DNA of 32,000 bases, from the NCBI RefSeq assembly GCF_000018105.1, contig NC_009931.1, forward strand, positions 62,962 to 94,961, read 5' to 3'. A program made the translations under genes and the position numbers. Below are positions 9,132-17,010 of this stretch, piece by piece. This stretch comes from Acaryochloris marina MBIC11017 (lineage in GTDB: Bacteria > Cyanobacteriota > Cyanobacteriia > Thermosynechococcales > Thermosynechococcaceae). Every line of letters starts with the position of its first letter. The first letter of the stretch is position 1. The notes beneath the pieces were generated by a model. The model was not told where the DNA came from. It saw only the letters and a list, made by a program, of their open reading frames with translations, and did no database searches.

Positions 9132-9638
9132 ATGACACATGTCAGCATGTACTATCCAATTTTTGGGCCTGAGACGCTCTGCCCCCATTGCCGACAAGTG
9201 ATGCCAGCGTTGACCCTAACAGATACCTATCTTTGCAAACGTCATGGTGCATTTGAAGCAGATCCCAATACTGAAGAGTTAGTGCACTTACAATCTGGAC
9301 GCCATTGGCGGTTATGGGACGGGCAATGGTATCGCCAACATATCCATCCAGATGGCATTCGTTTCGAAATTCATGAAGCGTTAGATCGACTCTATACCGA
9401 AGGATATCGGGCGACAAAAGTCATCATCGCCCCGCGCTATCGCACGTTGATTAACTCTTTTCTAGAGCATTCTCCCTGGCCTGATCAAACCTCATCTGGG
9501 CATCCCTATTTATACGGTCTACCCGTAGAATTTGGTCCTGATCCCGAGCAAGATCCCCGTTGGCAAGTGATTAATTTTGATCTCGATAAAGAACCAGGAA
9601 TTCCCATTAATTCTCCCCATTCTCAGCTATTGTATTAG
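9132..9638 (+). CDS. Conserved hypothetical protein with an N-terminal CxxC...CxxH zinc-ribbon-like motif
   Basis: 168-aa ORF. It has LCPHCRQVMPALTLTDTYLCKRHGAF. The codon usage looks coding, and there are no competing ORFs except an antisense shadow. I suspect a cyanobacteria-restricted conserved family but cannot verify this. Confidence 0.65.
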   Translation: MTHVSMYYPIFGPETLCPHCRQVMPALTLTDTYLCKRHGAFEADPNTEELVHLQSGRHWRLWDGQWYRQHIHPDGIRFEIHEALDRLYTEGYRATKVIIAPRYRTLINSFLEHSPWPDQTSSGHPYLYGLPVEFGPDPEQDPRWQVINFDLDKEPGIPINSPHSQLLY

Positions 9639-9786
9639 GGCTTCTGAAGCGAAGCTTTTGTGTCTCATTAGTCAGATGGTGCGCTTTTTCCGTAAACAAG
9701 CGACCTCCAAAGCGTACTGGAGGGGCTGGGGCGATCTGCATCAGAGGCTGAGTTGGAAGTCCTTGCAACTCCATGAAGCGATCTAA

Positions 9787-9951
9787 AATGCGATGAAACA
9801 GGCACCCAGAGCCAGTTTCTTGGTGGAGAATCTAAACTCTAGTCTGCGCAACTATTTCACGCTTCTCACACATCTTGGGACACCCAATTTAGGACATCTT
9901 CAGTTCTTTCTCAACCACCGACAATTCATGAGTAGGGCATTGTCAACTTAA
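9787..9951 (+). pseudogene. C-terminal fragment of a DDE transposase
   Basis: The translation ...SFLVENLNSSLRNYFTLLTHLGTPNLGHLQFFLNHRQFMSRALST* matches the conserved C-terminal block (ENLNS.LRNYF...LQFFLNHR) of a transposase family common in cyanobacteria. There is no upstream catalytic part. Confidence 0.55.
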
Positions 9952-10045
9952 CGACCGATCACACAAAATGGGCACTATTTTTAACAATAGGCTCAGGATG
10001 GAGGGTTAAGCAGCAGTGCTTAGACCCGTCACATCACGCTAGCTT

Positions 10046-10348
10046 TCAAAACGCTGACTCAGCGTACTCAAAATTCAGGAGCAGATTGTTGATGTTGCAA
10101 GGGATGAAAATGTCCTCGTATGGGTTCAAATGTAGAGAAAAACGTTGAGCGTGGCCGGGAGATTTGAAGCGTCCCATCCGCGTTTCTCTCATCCTTGTCG
10201 GTCGATGTGGGTTCTCCGCTCGATTATTCAGTTCTTTATGCTGTCTGTGATCTACCCCCTTCAGGCTCTTTTTCGTGGCCACAGCATCATGCAAACGATT
10301 GTGGACGGTTCCCGCACTGATGCACGAATAAAATAGGTGGCGTAACAA
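10046..10348 (-). pseudogene. IS6-family (IS6100-like) transposase C-terminal fragment
   Basis: The translation contains ELNNRAENPHRPTRMRETRMGRFKSPGHAQRF. This is the LNNRAENSH..R.RER.M.RFKS block of IS6-family transposases. The DDE N-terminal portion is missing. Confidence 0.65.
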
Positions 10349-10376
10349 CTCAACGACACCTCAATAAGATGAATGG

Positions 10377-10467
10377 CAGGGGTTAGGGTTGAATCTTGTC
10401 TCAACGGTCTCTCAAGCAGAGTCGCTATCATAAAATGATAATGATAATCATTCCGATAACTCTTGAG
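10377..10467 (+). repeat. About 90-bp promoter/operator module, copy B
   Basis: Near-identical to 8452-8543 and in the same orientation. It ends 11 nt before the ATG of the HNH gene, with an AAGGA Shine-Dalgarno sequence in between. Confidence 0.9.
10435..10452. promoter_or_regulatory. Fur-box-like operator, copy 3 (upstream of the HNH endonuclease gene)
   Basis: The exact 18-mer ATGATAATGATAATCATT, 27 nt upstream of the ATG at 10479. Confidence 0.7.
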
Positions 10468-10478
10468 GATAAGGATCT

Positions 10479-10976
10479 ATGGGCAATGTTCTCGTTCTGA
10501 ATGCCTCCTATGAGCCGCTCAATATCACCAGTTGGCGTCGAGCGGTTGTTTTGGTCCTTAAAGAAAAAGCTGAGCAAGTGGAACACAACGGTAAGTTTGT
10601 GTATCGAGACTTTCCCCTCCCCACGGTTATTCGATTGCTCCAATATGTCCGTGTTCCGTATAAAGAAATTACCTTAAACCGTCGGAACTTACTGCATCGA
10701 GATAATCATACCTGCCAATACTGTGGATATACTGGCAGTGATTTGACCCTTGATCACGTAATGCCGAGATCCCGTGGCGGCGGTGATACTTGGGAAAATA
10801 TGGTGACGGCCTGTGTGCGCTGCAATGTCAAAAAAGGCAACCGCACTCCTAAAGAGGCACGGATGATACTGAATAAAACCCCGCGTCGCCCCCATAGTAG
10901 CTTGTACTTTGAGGTTACTAAACATTTTCGGAATGGGGTTCACCAAGAATGGCGCAAATATGTCATTGGCATGTAA
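10479..10976 (+). CDS. HNH endonuclease (McrA/COG1403-like)
   Basis: 165-aa ORF. The HNH/Zn-finger core is CQYCGYTGSDLTLDHVMPRSRGGGDTWENMVTACVRCNVKKGNRTP. The N-terminus VLVLNASYEPLNITSWRRAV is typical of this small HNH family. Confidence 0.9.
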   Translation: MGNVLVLNASYEPLNITSWRRAVVLVLKEKAEQVEHNGKFVYRDFPLPTVIRLLQYVRVPYKEITLNRRNLLHRDNHTCQYCGYTGSDLTLDHVMPRSRGGGDTWENMVTACVRCNVKKGNRTPKEARMILNKTPRRPHSSLYFEVTKHFRNGVHQEWRKYVIGM

Positions 10977-11192
10977 TGTGCATCTTCGTTTTTGGCTGAA
11001 AAATATATGTGAGGTGAGTATTCCTCCCTATCCATTTGGGGGTATCTTCACATCAAGGTGATAATCTTTTCGAATAGGATCGGAGAAAATAAGAGATATA
11101 TCTGCTCTGTTAGCTAACCTGCTGAATATGGGTTAGCAATCTCTTGTACTGAATGTGTACTAAATTGCCTTATATCGCAGTTTCAGATAAAG

Positions 11193-12869
11193 TCATTCGC
11201 CTCCATACTGGGCCTTGAGTTCAGCGACGAGATCGTCATCTATCTTTTGAAAGAGGGGAGCCGGGACCATAAAGGAGCGACCTGCGGCTAAAAGTGTTAA
11301 ATCCGATGCTTCAGTCATGGTGTGACGGCGTTCTACATCAGTCAGCTGGAGGGCATCAAACAGAGCTTGGGTTGTGTGTGGAATGAATGGAGCGCTTGAG
11401 ATCGCATACAGCCGAATTAGGTTAACGCAGGTACGAATCACCATCGCAGTCTCGTCCTGATCCGTCTTAAACAATACCCACGGAGCCCGCACATCAATGT
11501 ACTGATTTCCTGTTCTCCAAAGGGCATTTAAAGTCTCCGTTGCTCGACGGAACTCTAGGTTATGCAGATATTTGCGTAGTTTTTCCACCAGCTCGTTACA
11601 GGTCACCTGCAGCTCGGCTTCAGCATCACCAGGGGTGCCCCCCTCCGGCAAAGTCATCCCAAATCGAGATGCTGTAAATTTGAGGATGCGATTTACAAAA
11701 TTACCCAGATTATCAGCCAGCTCCTTATTCACCTGCTTCTGGAACTGTTCCCAAGTAAAAGCAGAGTCAGCCGATTCAGGAGCATTGGCGATCAGCATAT
11801 AGCGCCAATTGTCTGCTGAGGCGATTTCAAGGGCTTGGTCTAAAAAGACCCCTCTCTGGGAACTGGTCGAGAACTTGCCGCCGTAGTAGTTAAGCCAATT
11901 AAACCCCTTAATATAGTCCACCATCTTCCACGGCTCACGGCTGCCTAAAATCGTGGCGGGCCACATGATCGTATGAAAGGGCAAATTATCCTTTGCCATG
12001 AACTGGGTGTAGTGAACATCATCGCTCTCCTTCCACCAGCATTCCCAGTCATTGTTAGTGATATCGCCCCAAGCCTTTGTGGCTGAAATGTAGCCGATAG
12101 GAGCATCAAACCATACGTAGAAGACCTTCCTCTCAAATCCTTCAGTGGGCACTGGCACACCCCAGACTAAATCACGGGTGATGCATCGGCTTTTTAATCC
12201 TTCATTAAGCCACTTGAGAGCAATCGATTTAGTCAGGGTCGACCATTGAGTTTGTTTATCGACCCAATTGCGGACTTCATCACTGAGCTTATCTAGCCTT
12301 AAGAACAAATGCCTTGAAGTACGCAATTCTAGGTGCGTGCTGCCGGAAATTGTAGAACGAGGTTTAATCAGCTCGGTTGGAGTGAGAACTTTAGTGCAGT
12401 TCTCGCACTGATCGCCTCGGGCCTGTTCATAGCCGCAGTGCGGACAGGTACCAGTGACATAGCGATCAGGCAGAAACCGTTGATCGTCTAATGCATAGAA
12501 CTGGCTGATTTCACGTTCTTCGATAAAGTTTTGCTTTGCTAGTTGTTGATAAAAGTACTGGGTGAGTTCATGATTTTCAGGAGCCGACGTCCGACCAAAA
12601 TAATCGAAAGAGAGACCAAAGCGCTTGTAGATTTCCTTCTGCTTGTGGTACTGCTTTGCACAAAATTCTGCTACTTCTAGCCCTGCATCAATGGCCGCAA
12701 TTTCAGCAGGAGTCCCATGCTCATCAGTGGCGCAGATGTAGAGAACCTCTTCCCCCTCTTGTCGTAAAAAACGTGCGTATATATCAGCGGGAAGCATTGA
12801 GCCCACAAGATTTCCTAAATGCTTAATACCATTGATATAAGGAAGAGCACTGGTAATGAGATATCGCAT
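11193..12869 (-). CDS. metG: Methionine--tRNA ligase (MetRS1-type, single zinc knuckle, no C-terminal tRNA-binding appendix)
   Basis: 558-aa ORF. The class I HIGH region is ALPYINGIKHLGNLVG. The zinc knuckle is CPHCGYEQARGDQCENC. The KMSKS equivalent is GKFSTSS. The anticodon-binding helical domain follows. Confidence 0.95.
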   Translation of the reverse strand: MRYLITSALPYINGIKHLGNLVGSMLPADIYARFLRQEGEEVLYICATDEHGTPAEIAAIDAGLEVAEFCAKQYHKQKEIYKRFGLSFDYFGRTSAPENHELTQYFYQQLAKQNFIEEREISQFYALDDQRFLPDRYVTGTCPHCGYEQARGDQCENCTKVLTPTELIKPRSTISGSTHLELRTSRHLFLRLDKLSDEVRNWVDKQTQWSTLTKSIALKWLNEGLKSRCITRDLVWGVPVPTEGFERKVFYVWFDAPIGYISATKAWGDITNNDWECWWKESDDVHYTQFMAKDNLPFHTIMWPATILGSREPWKMVDYIKGFNWLNYYGGKFSTSSQRGVFLDQALEIASADNWRYMLIANAPESADSAFTWEQFQKQVNKELADNLGNFVNRILKFTASRFGMTLPEGGTPGDAEAELQVTCNELVEKLRKYLHNLEFRRATETLNALWRTGNQYIDVRAPWVLFKTDQDETAMVIRTCVNLIRLYAISSAPFIPHTTQALFDALQLTDVERRHTMTEASDLTLLAAGRSFMVPAPLFQKIDDDLVAELKAQYGGE

Positions 12870-13464
12870 GTATGAGTGACTCGTACGGAAAACATCTAGA
12901 TTATCGAGGGCTGTGAGGTTCGAGAATACCTCAGTATGTTATTGTTGACACTCCCCGGACTAAAGTCACGGGGCTACCAAGCTACCGTATTCTTTCCCGT
13001 GTATTGAAGCTACCTGTTTGCAGGGGTAATTGAAGGGTAGACACTGTTGGCTAAAGTATTACAAGTACAACTACAAGAGTATTACAGAATCATAACTGCA
13101 ACGGAACTTGGTCAGTTGAGCTGTGCGTAGTATTTAAATTCTATACTTGCAGCTCATTCGCCAACAGGAACCGTTGCTATTGGAAAGCTAAACGGTGCCG
13201 CTGTATTAATACCTCCTGCTCCCATGGCGATTCAAGCACTTCGGCGTGCGTGGACAAATCCGGCTTGTCGAGCAAATAAGTCTCGGAATGTACTCATGCC
13301 TTGCTAAATCGTGTTGGTGATACCGACAAAGGGAAGCATTGTTGAGAGGGCAACAGAACTGAAACAAACACCAATGGTGACACAATTTTATGGTCTCAAT
13401 GGGAAACTTTGCTAAGTCGTAACGTAAGCTAGCTATAGCTACTGTTCATGACTTGCTCCGGTCC

Positions 13465-13734
13465 ATGCAGCCTAACTATCGTCTGTGTATTAGCTGTCGC
13501 CAAGTTGCCCCCAAATCTGAGCTTTGGCGAATTGTTCGGGTCTATCCAGATCATCAAATCCAGCTTGATCAGGGCATGGGACGCTCTGCCTACCTCTGTC
13601 CCCAGGCAAACTGTCTCAAGGCTGCCCAAAAGAAAAATCGGTTAGCGAAGGCTCTAAGGGCCAAGGTGCCCGATAGCCTTTATGAATCCTTGTGGGAACG
13701 ATTAGAGCTCCCCTCAAGGATCTTCATAGACTGA
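13465..13734 (+). CDS. ylxR: YlxR/DUF448-family RNA-binding protein
   Basis: The tracked ORF 13453-13734 starts with TTG, so I prefer the ATG at 13465. RLCISCRQVAPKSELWRIVRV...GRSAYLCPQANCLKAAQKKNRL matches the YlxR pattern (C..C...K.EL.R.V...GRGAY.C....C...A.KK). Confidence 0.8.
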   Translation: MQPNYRLCISCRQVAPKSELWRIVRVYPDHQIQLDQGMGRSAYLCPQANCLKAAQKKNRLAKALRAKVPDSLYESLWERLELPSRIFID

Positions 13735-13989
13735 TTGGCAAAGGCAGATAATTAGTGGGCTCCCCATTGACTATGGCAATTTCTCCCACCAGCATTCGTG
13801 GCATGGTTTTAAAAAAGGGATTTTGGGTAACACTTCCAAGCCAAAATAAGTCATTAATTATCGATGACTGGAGGTCTACTAGCTCCCAATCTGGTCAGAC
13901 TGCTCTTTGGAATCGCTTGTAAAAACTGCAGAATATTTATGCTTCTAAATCCAATAACCCTCAAGAAACGCTGTTATTGGAAAGCTCCT

Positions 13990-15294
13990 CTAAGAGAAAA
14001 GCCTTCGACGAAACTCTTCAGTTTGGGCTGGATTGGGAATTTTGATAACAAGTAATTCAACGAGTTCTTCCTCAGACACATCTGGATTCTGAGCTAAAAC
14101 ATGCTGATAGACAATCGATGAAATCGGGCCAATATATTCTGCTAAGACTTGCTGACATTTTTTTCCAAACTCAGGCCTAATCTTTGATATTGGTTTGGCT
14201 ACATTTGGTTCAGCTATGGACTTAGATTCCTCTGTGGGTTCATAAGTTTGAGGTGGTTGTCGGAGAATGGGCTGATTCAATGAGGAGGTTGGCGGATTAA
14301 TTCTCTCAATAGAAGAGTATTGGTTAGTAGGTGGGCTCTCTGCACTCGAAGTCTCTTTCACAGTTGATGATTGAGCCTCTGAAACTTTTTTTAAGTGGGT
14401 ATTTAGATTAAATCGGCCACTACTTTCTAGTATGGAAATTTGCTTTAAAACCACTTCGGCATTGGCTGGGCGGTGACTGGCTAGTGGTTTGATTAACCAC
14501 TCCAAGATAGTGGCAAATTGAGTCGAAACCTTCTGGGTTGATTTATTCCAATTGCATTCACCCACTCCTTCATCAAAGAACTCACTGAGTTCTTTTCCTA
14601 TGATCAAGTAGATAAAACTACGACCCAAAGCAAAAAAGTCGGACTGGGGGACTGCCTGATCCTGAATTTGTTCGCGGGGTGTGTAAAAGGACGAAAAAAC
14701 TCTCGTTCCTATAGGTTGATTGAGGGTAGTGCCGACAATACAGGCACTACCAAAGCCAACCAAGCAGATATGACCATTGGCTTTCAACATAATGTTGGAC
14801 GGTTTAATATCTCTGTGCAAGACTTGACGACCATGAATGACATGAAGAATCTTGAGGACTTGCTTGAGCCACTGTATCGCCAACCTTTCATCTATGGGAA
14901 AGCCCCTCTGATTTAAATATTCTTGGAGATCTAAGCCAACGATTTTTTCCATGACGAAACAATGTAGAGGTTCTTTACTATTGCCTGGATAGAACATGAA
15001 ATAAGAATTGGGTTCAATTCTAGGAATACCGGGGTGGTCTAACTGACTTAGAAGATTTACTTCCCGTTGGAATAATTCCACGTGCTTTGGGTGATTATCG
15101 GTGAGAATCTTAAGAATTTTAGGGCTACTACCTAAGTCACTGACTTCATAGGTTCTCCCAAGACCGCCTTGACCCCGCATCCCTAGGACACGATAGCGAC
15201 CCTCTAGTAGGAGTTCTGAACCACAGCTTTTACAAAATAGATGGTCGTCAGAATTTTGAGGATCGGCACAGCCGGGATTAATACATAGACTCAT
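13990..15294 (-). CDS. Ser/Thr protein kinase with an N-terminal 4-Cys zinc-ribbon prefix
   Basis: 434-aa ORF. The 4-Cys prefix is CINPGCADPQNSDDHLFCKSCGSEL. The Hanks kinase motifs include HRDIKPSNIML, a degenerate G-loop GQGGLGRTY, and a VGFGSA segment where the canonical DFG would be expected. A low-complexity linker and a C-terminal helical domain follow. Confidence 0.9.
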   Translation of the reverse strand: MSLCINPGCADPQNSDDHLFCKSCGSELLLEGRYRVLGMRGQGGLGRTYEVSDLGSSPKILKILTDNHPKHVELFQREVNLLSQLDHPGIPRIEPNSYFMFYPGNSKEPLHCFVMEKIVGLDLQEYLNQRGFPIDERLAIQWLKQVLKILHVIHGRQVLHRDIKPSNIMLKANGHICLVGFGSACIVGTTLNQPIGTRVFSSFYTPREQIQDQAVPQSDFFALGRSFIYLIIGKELSEFFDEGVGECNWNKSTQKVSTQFATILEWLIKPLASHRPANAEVVLKQISILESSGRFNLNTHLKKVSEAQSSTVKETSSAESPPTNQYSSIERINPPTSSLNQPILRQPPQTYEPTEESKSIAEPNVAKPISKIRPEFGKKCQQVLAEYIGPISSIVYQHVLAQNPDVSEEELVELLVIKIPNPAQTEEFRRRLFS

Positions 15295-15611
15295 AATGAA
15301 GAAATATGCCTAACAGGTCTGTGGAAACTAGCAACTCATTTCGGATTTACATCATGGGTCAAATCATCTGAAATCCTTTTACTGAATAGCTTTCCTTCGA
15401 TACAGACTAAAATGGATCCAGCCATTAGTTTGACGTTCGATTGGGATTGAAGATGCCTAAAACTCAATCCTGTAAATGGATTTCAACATTCTTAACCCTT
15501 GAGCAGTTTGAAATATTTATCTCGCACTACTTGCATATCGGTAGTAGAGGGCTTTAGTCAAAGCTTTCTCTACATGCCGCCTTCAACTATATTTTAATGT
15601 TCCTGCATACT

Positions 15612-16096
15612 GCACCCCATGTCGTAATAAGCACAATTTTTACCACAGGATCACTAAAAGGTTCTCAGTTAAAGGGTTGCAGAGATTCAAAATCTATTTT
15701 CTCGATCACAAGTATTATCATTCTTACTTAAATATATTAATAACAGCTAAAAACCTTAATTAGTAAAGGTTCCATCTATATTGATAGTCAATCCTAAATT
15801 CATCTATTTGTTTGGGAATATGGTATTAACACGCAAATAATTGATTGTTCAATCTAGTGAGGGTAGATTCCCCTCTGCTTGCAGCGAAGAAATGGAATTG
15901 CAATCCAAATCTACGGTTTGGGAGCAAATCGTATTCCATACCCCGTCTGCTTGCAGCGGGGCAGTTGATTTGGCAGCAAACCATACTTAGAATAGCTTTC
16001 AGAATTTATCCATAGAAAATTTGACTATCTAGGATAAAGATGTTGAATTTTGAGTCTTCAAAAGTCCCTTGCTATATGTATTACGGCATGGGGTGC
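15612..16096. repeat. AT-rich 485-bp segment bounded by 18-bp imperfect inverted repeats (MITE-like)
   Basis: The left arm is GCACCCCATGTCGTAATA (15612-15629). The reverse complement of the right arm TATTACGGCATGGGGTGC (16079-16096) is GCACCCCATGCCGTAATA, a 17/18 match. There is no ORF inside. Confidence 0.4.
15866..15977. repeat. Two related hairpin-containing repeat units spaced exactly 72 nt apart
   Basis: The shared 12-mer CTGCTTGCAGCG occurs at 15875-15886 and 15947-15958, in the context ATTCC..CCC.TCTGCTTGCAGCG.. The second unit forms CCCCG-tctgcttgcag-CGGGG. The flanks are only about half conserved. Confidence 0.35.
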
Positions 16097-16168
16097 TATA
16101 GACGAAACATCCATTGCTGCCAAAATTAAGATCGTATCCCATGTGAATTCCCTTCATTCGAGCGAAAC

Positions 16169-16534
16169 TCACCTTCCTTGTCTTAAACAATAGTCTGAAC
16201 AGTCTTGTGCTGCTGCCATTAAGACTTTACTGGGATGTACAGCACACTTGAGATAAGCGTTATGGTGATAAAACTTACAGCTACGGCAATGGCTATTGTT
16301 AGCTTCTCTCAAAGAACCCCATGCACGACTGATTGTCTTCAAAAAGTTAGCATTCCAGTGAATCAGGATCATAAGTGAGATCACCATCCATACCCCCAAA
16401 ATAATAGAGATATTATCGTTGATGGCAGAAACTTCATTTACATGAGATGTATCCAATCTATCCCTTGGAACAACAACTACAGGCCTGTATGATCGATTGT
16501 TGAATATTCGGCCCAAAGTCATGTAGTATCTCAT
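16169..16534 (-). CDS. Small hypothetical membrane protein with a Cys-rich C-terminal motif
   Basis: 121-aa ORF. It has one clear hydrophobic helix (ISIILGVWMVISLMILIHW). The tail is CRSCKFYHHNAYLKCAVHPSKVLMAAAQDCSDYC. It is the only long ORF in an AT-rich region. No family name is asserted. Confidence 0.55.
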   Translation of the reverse strand: MRYYMTLGRIFNNRSYRPVVVVPRDRLDTSHVNEVSAINDNISIILGVWMVISLMILIHWNANFLKTISRAWGSLREANNSHCRSCKFYHHNAYLKCAVHPSKVLMAAAQDCSDYCLRQGR

Positions 16535-17010
16535 TTTCAGTATCCAGAGTTTGATTAAAAAAATTGCTATGGCATAGTTCTGACATGCTCAAAAAGCTGA
16601 AAGAAACCTACGTTCAGTTCGTTGTTATATATCAACTTCAGAATCTATTAACGGGCTTATTGACCGCTTTTTAATCAATATTTTCTACCCCAAACCTAGA
16701 GATAAAATTTGAGCATTATGTGAGAAAAATTCCATTTATCTTGGCGTAGGTGTACTCCACACCCATCAGCAGAATGACCACTTCCTTGAAAATAGAACAT
16801 TCACTAAGAATCTAACCATGATCACAGATGACTGGTCACATTTGTAATTTTTAGTGTACGTCAATGGCAATTTCCGTACACATATCCCAATTAATCATTA
16901 TTTGGACTTTGACTAAACTTTGACTAATAAGCATGGTAAGCTATGGGGGGATTTGCAGAAAGAGAGCAAATCCTTGGCTGAAACCCATCCCCTAACTACG
17001 GTTTAAAACG

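Noticed and set aside
9577-9786. 69-aa ORF 9577-9786 (+) overlapping the end of the 9132-9638 gene
   Set aside because: It overlaps a better ORF and runs into transposase debris. It has no motifs or ribosome-binding site.
12870-12960. metG as a member of the Fur/Zur regulon (Zn-related paralog switching)
   Set aside because: There is no copy of the 18-mer or any comparable palindrome upstream of metG, only an isolated GATTATC half-site. The enzyme also retains its Zn knuckle.
15866-15977. Calling the 72-nt-period repeats a CRISPR array
   Set aside because: There are only two units. Their flanks are about half conserved, and there are no cas genes or leader in the window. I kept it as a low-confidence repeat and finding, not as a CRISPR feature.
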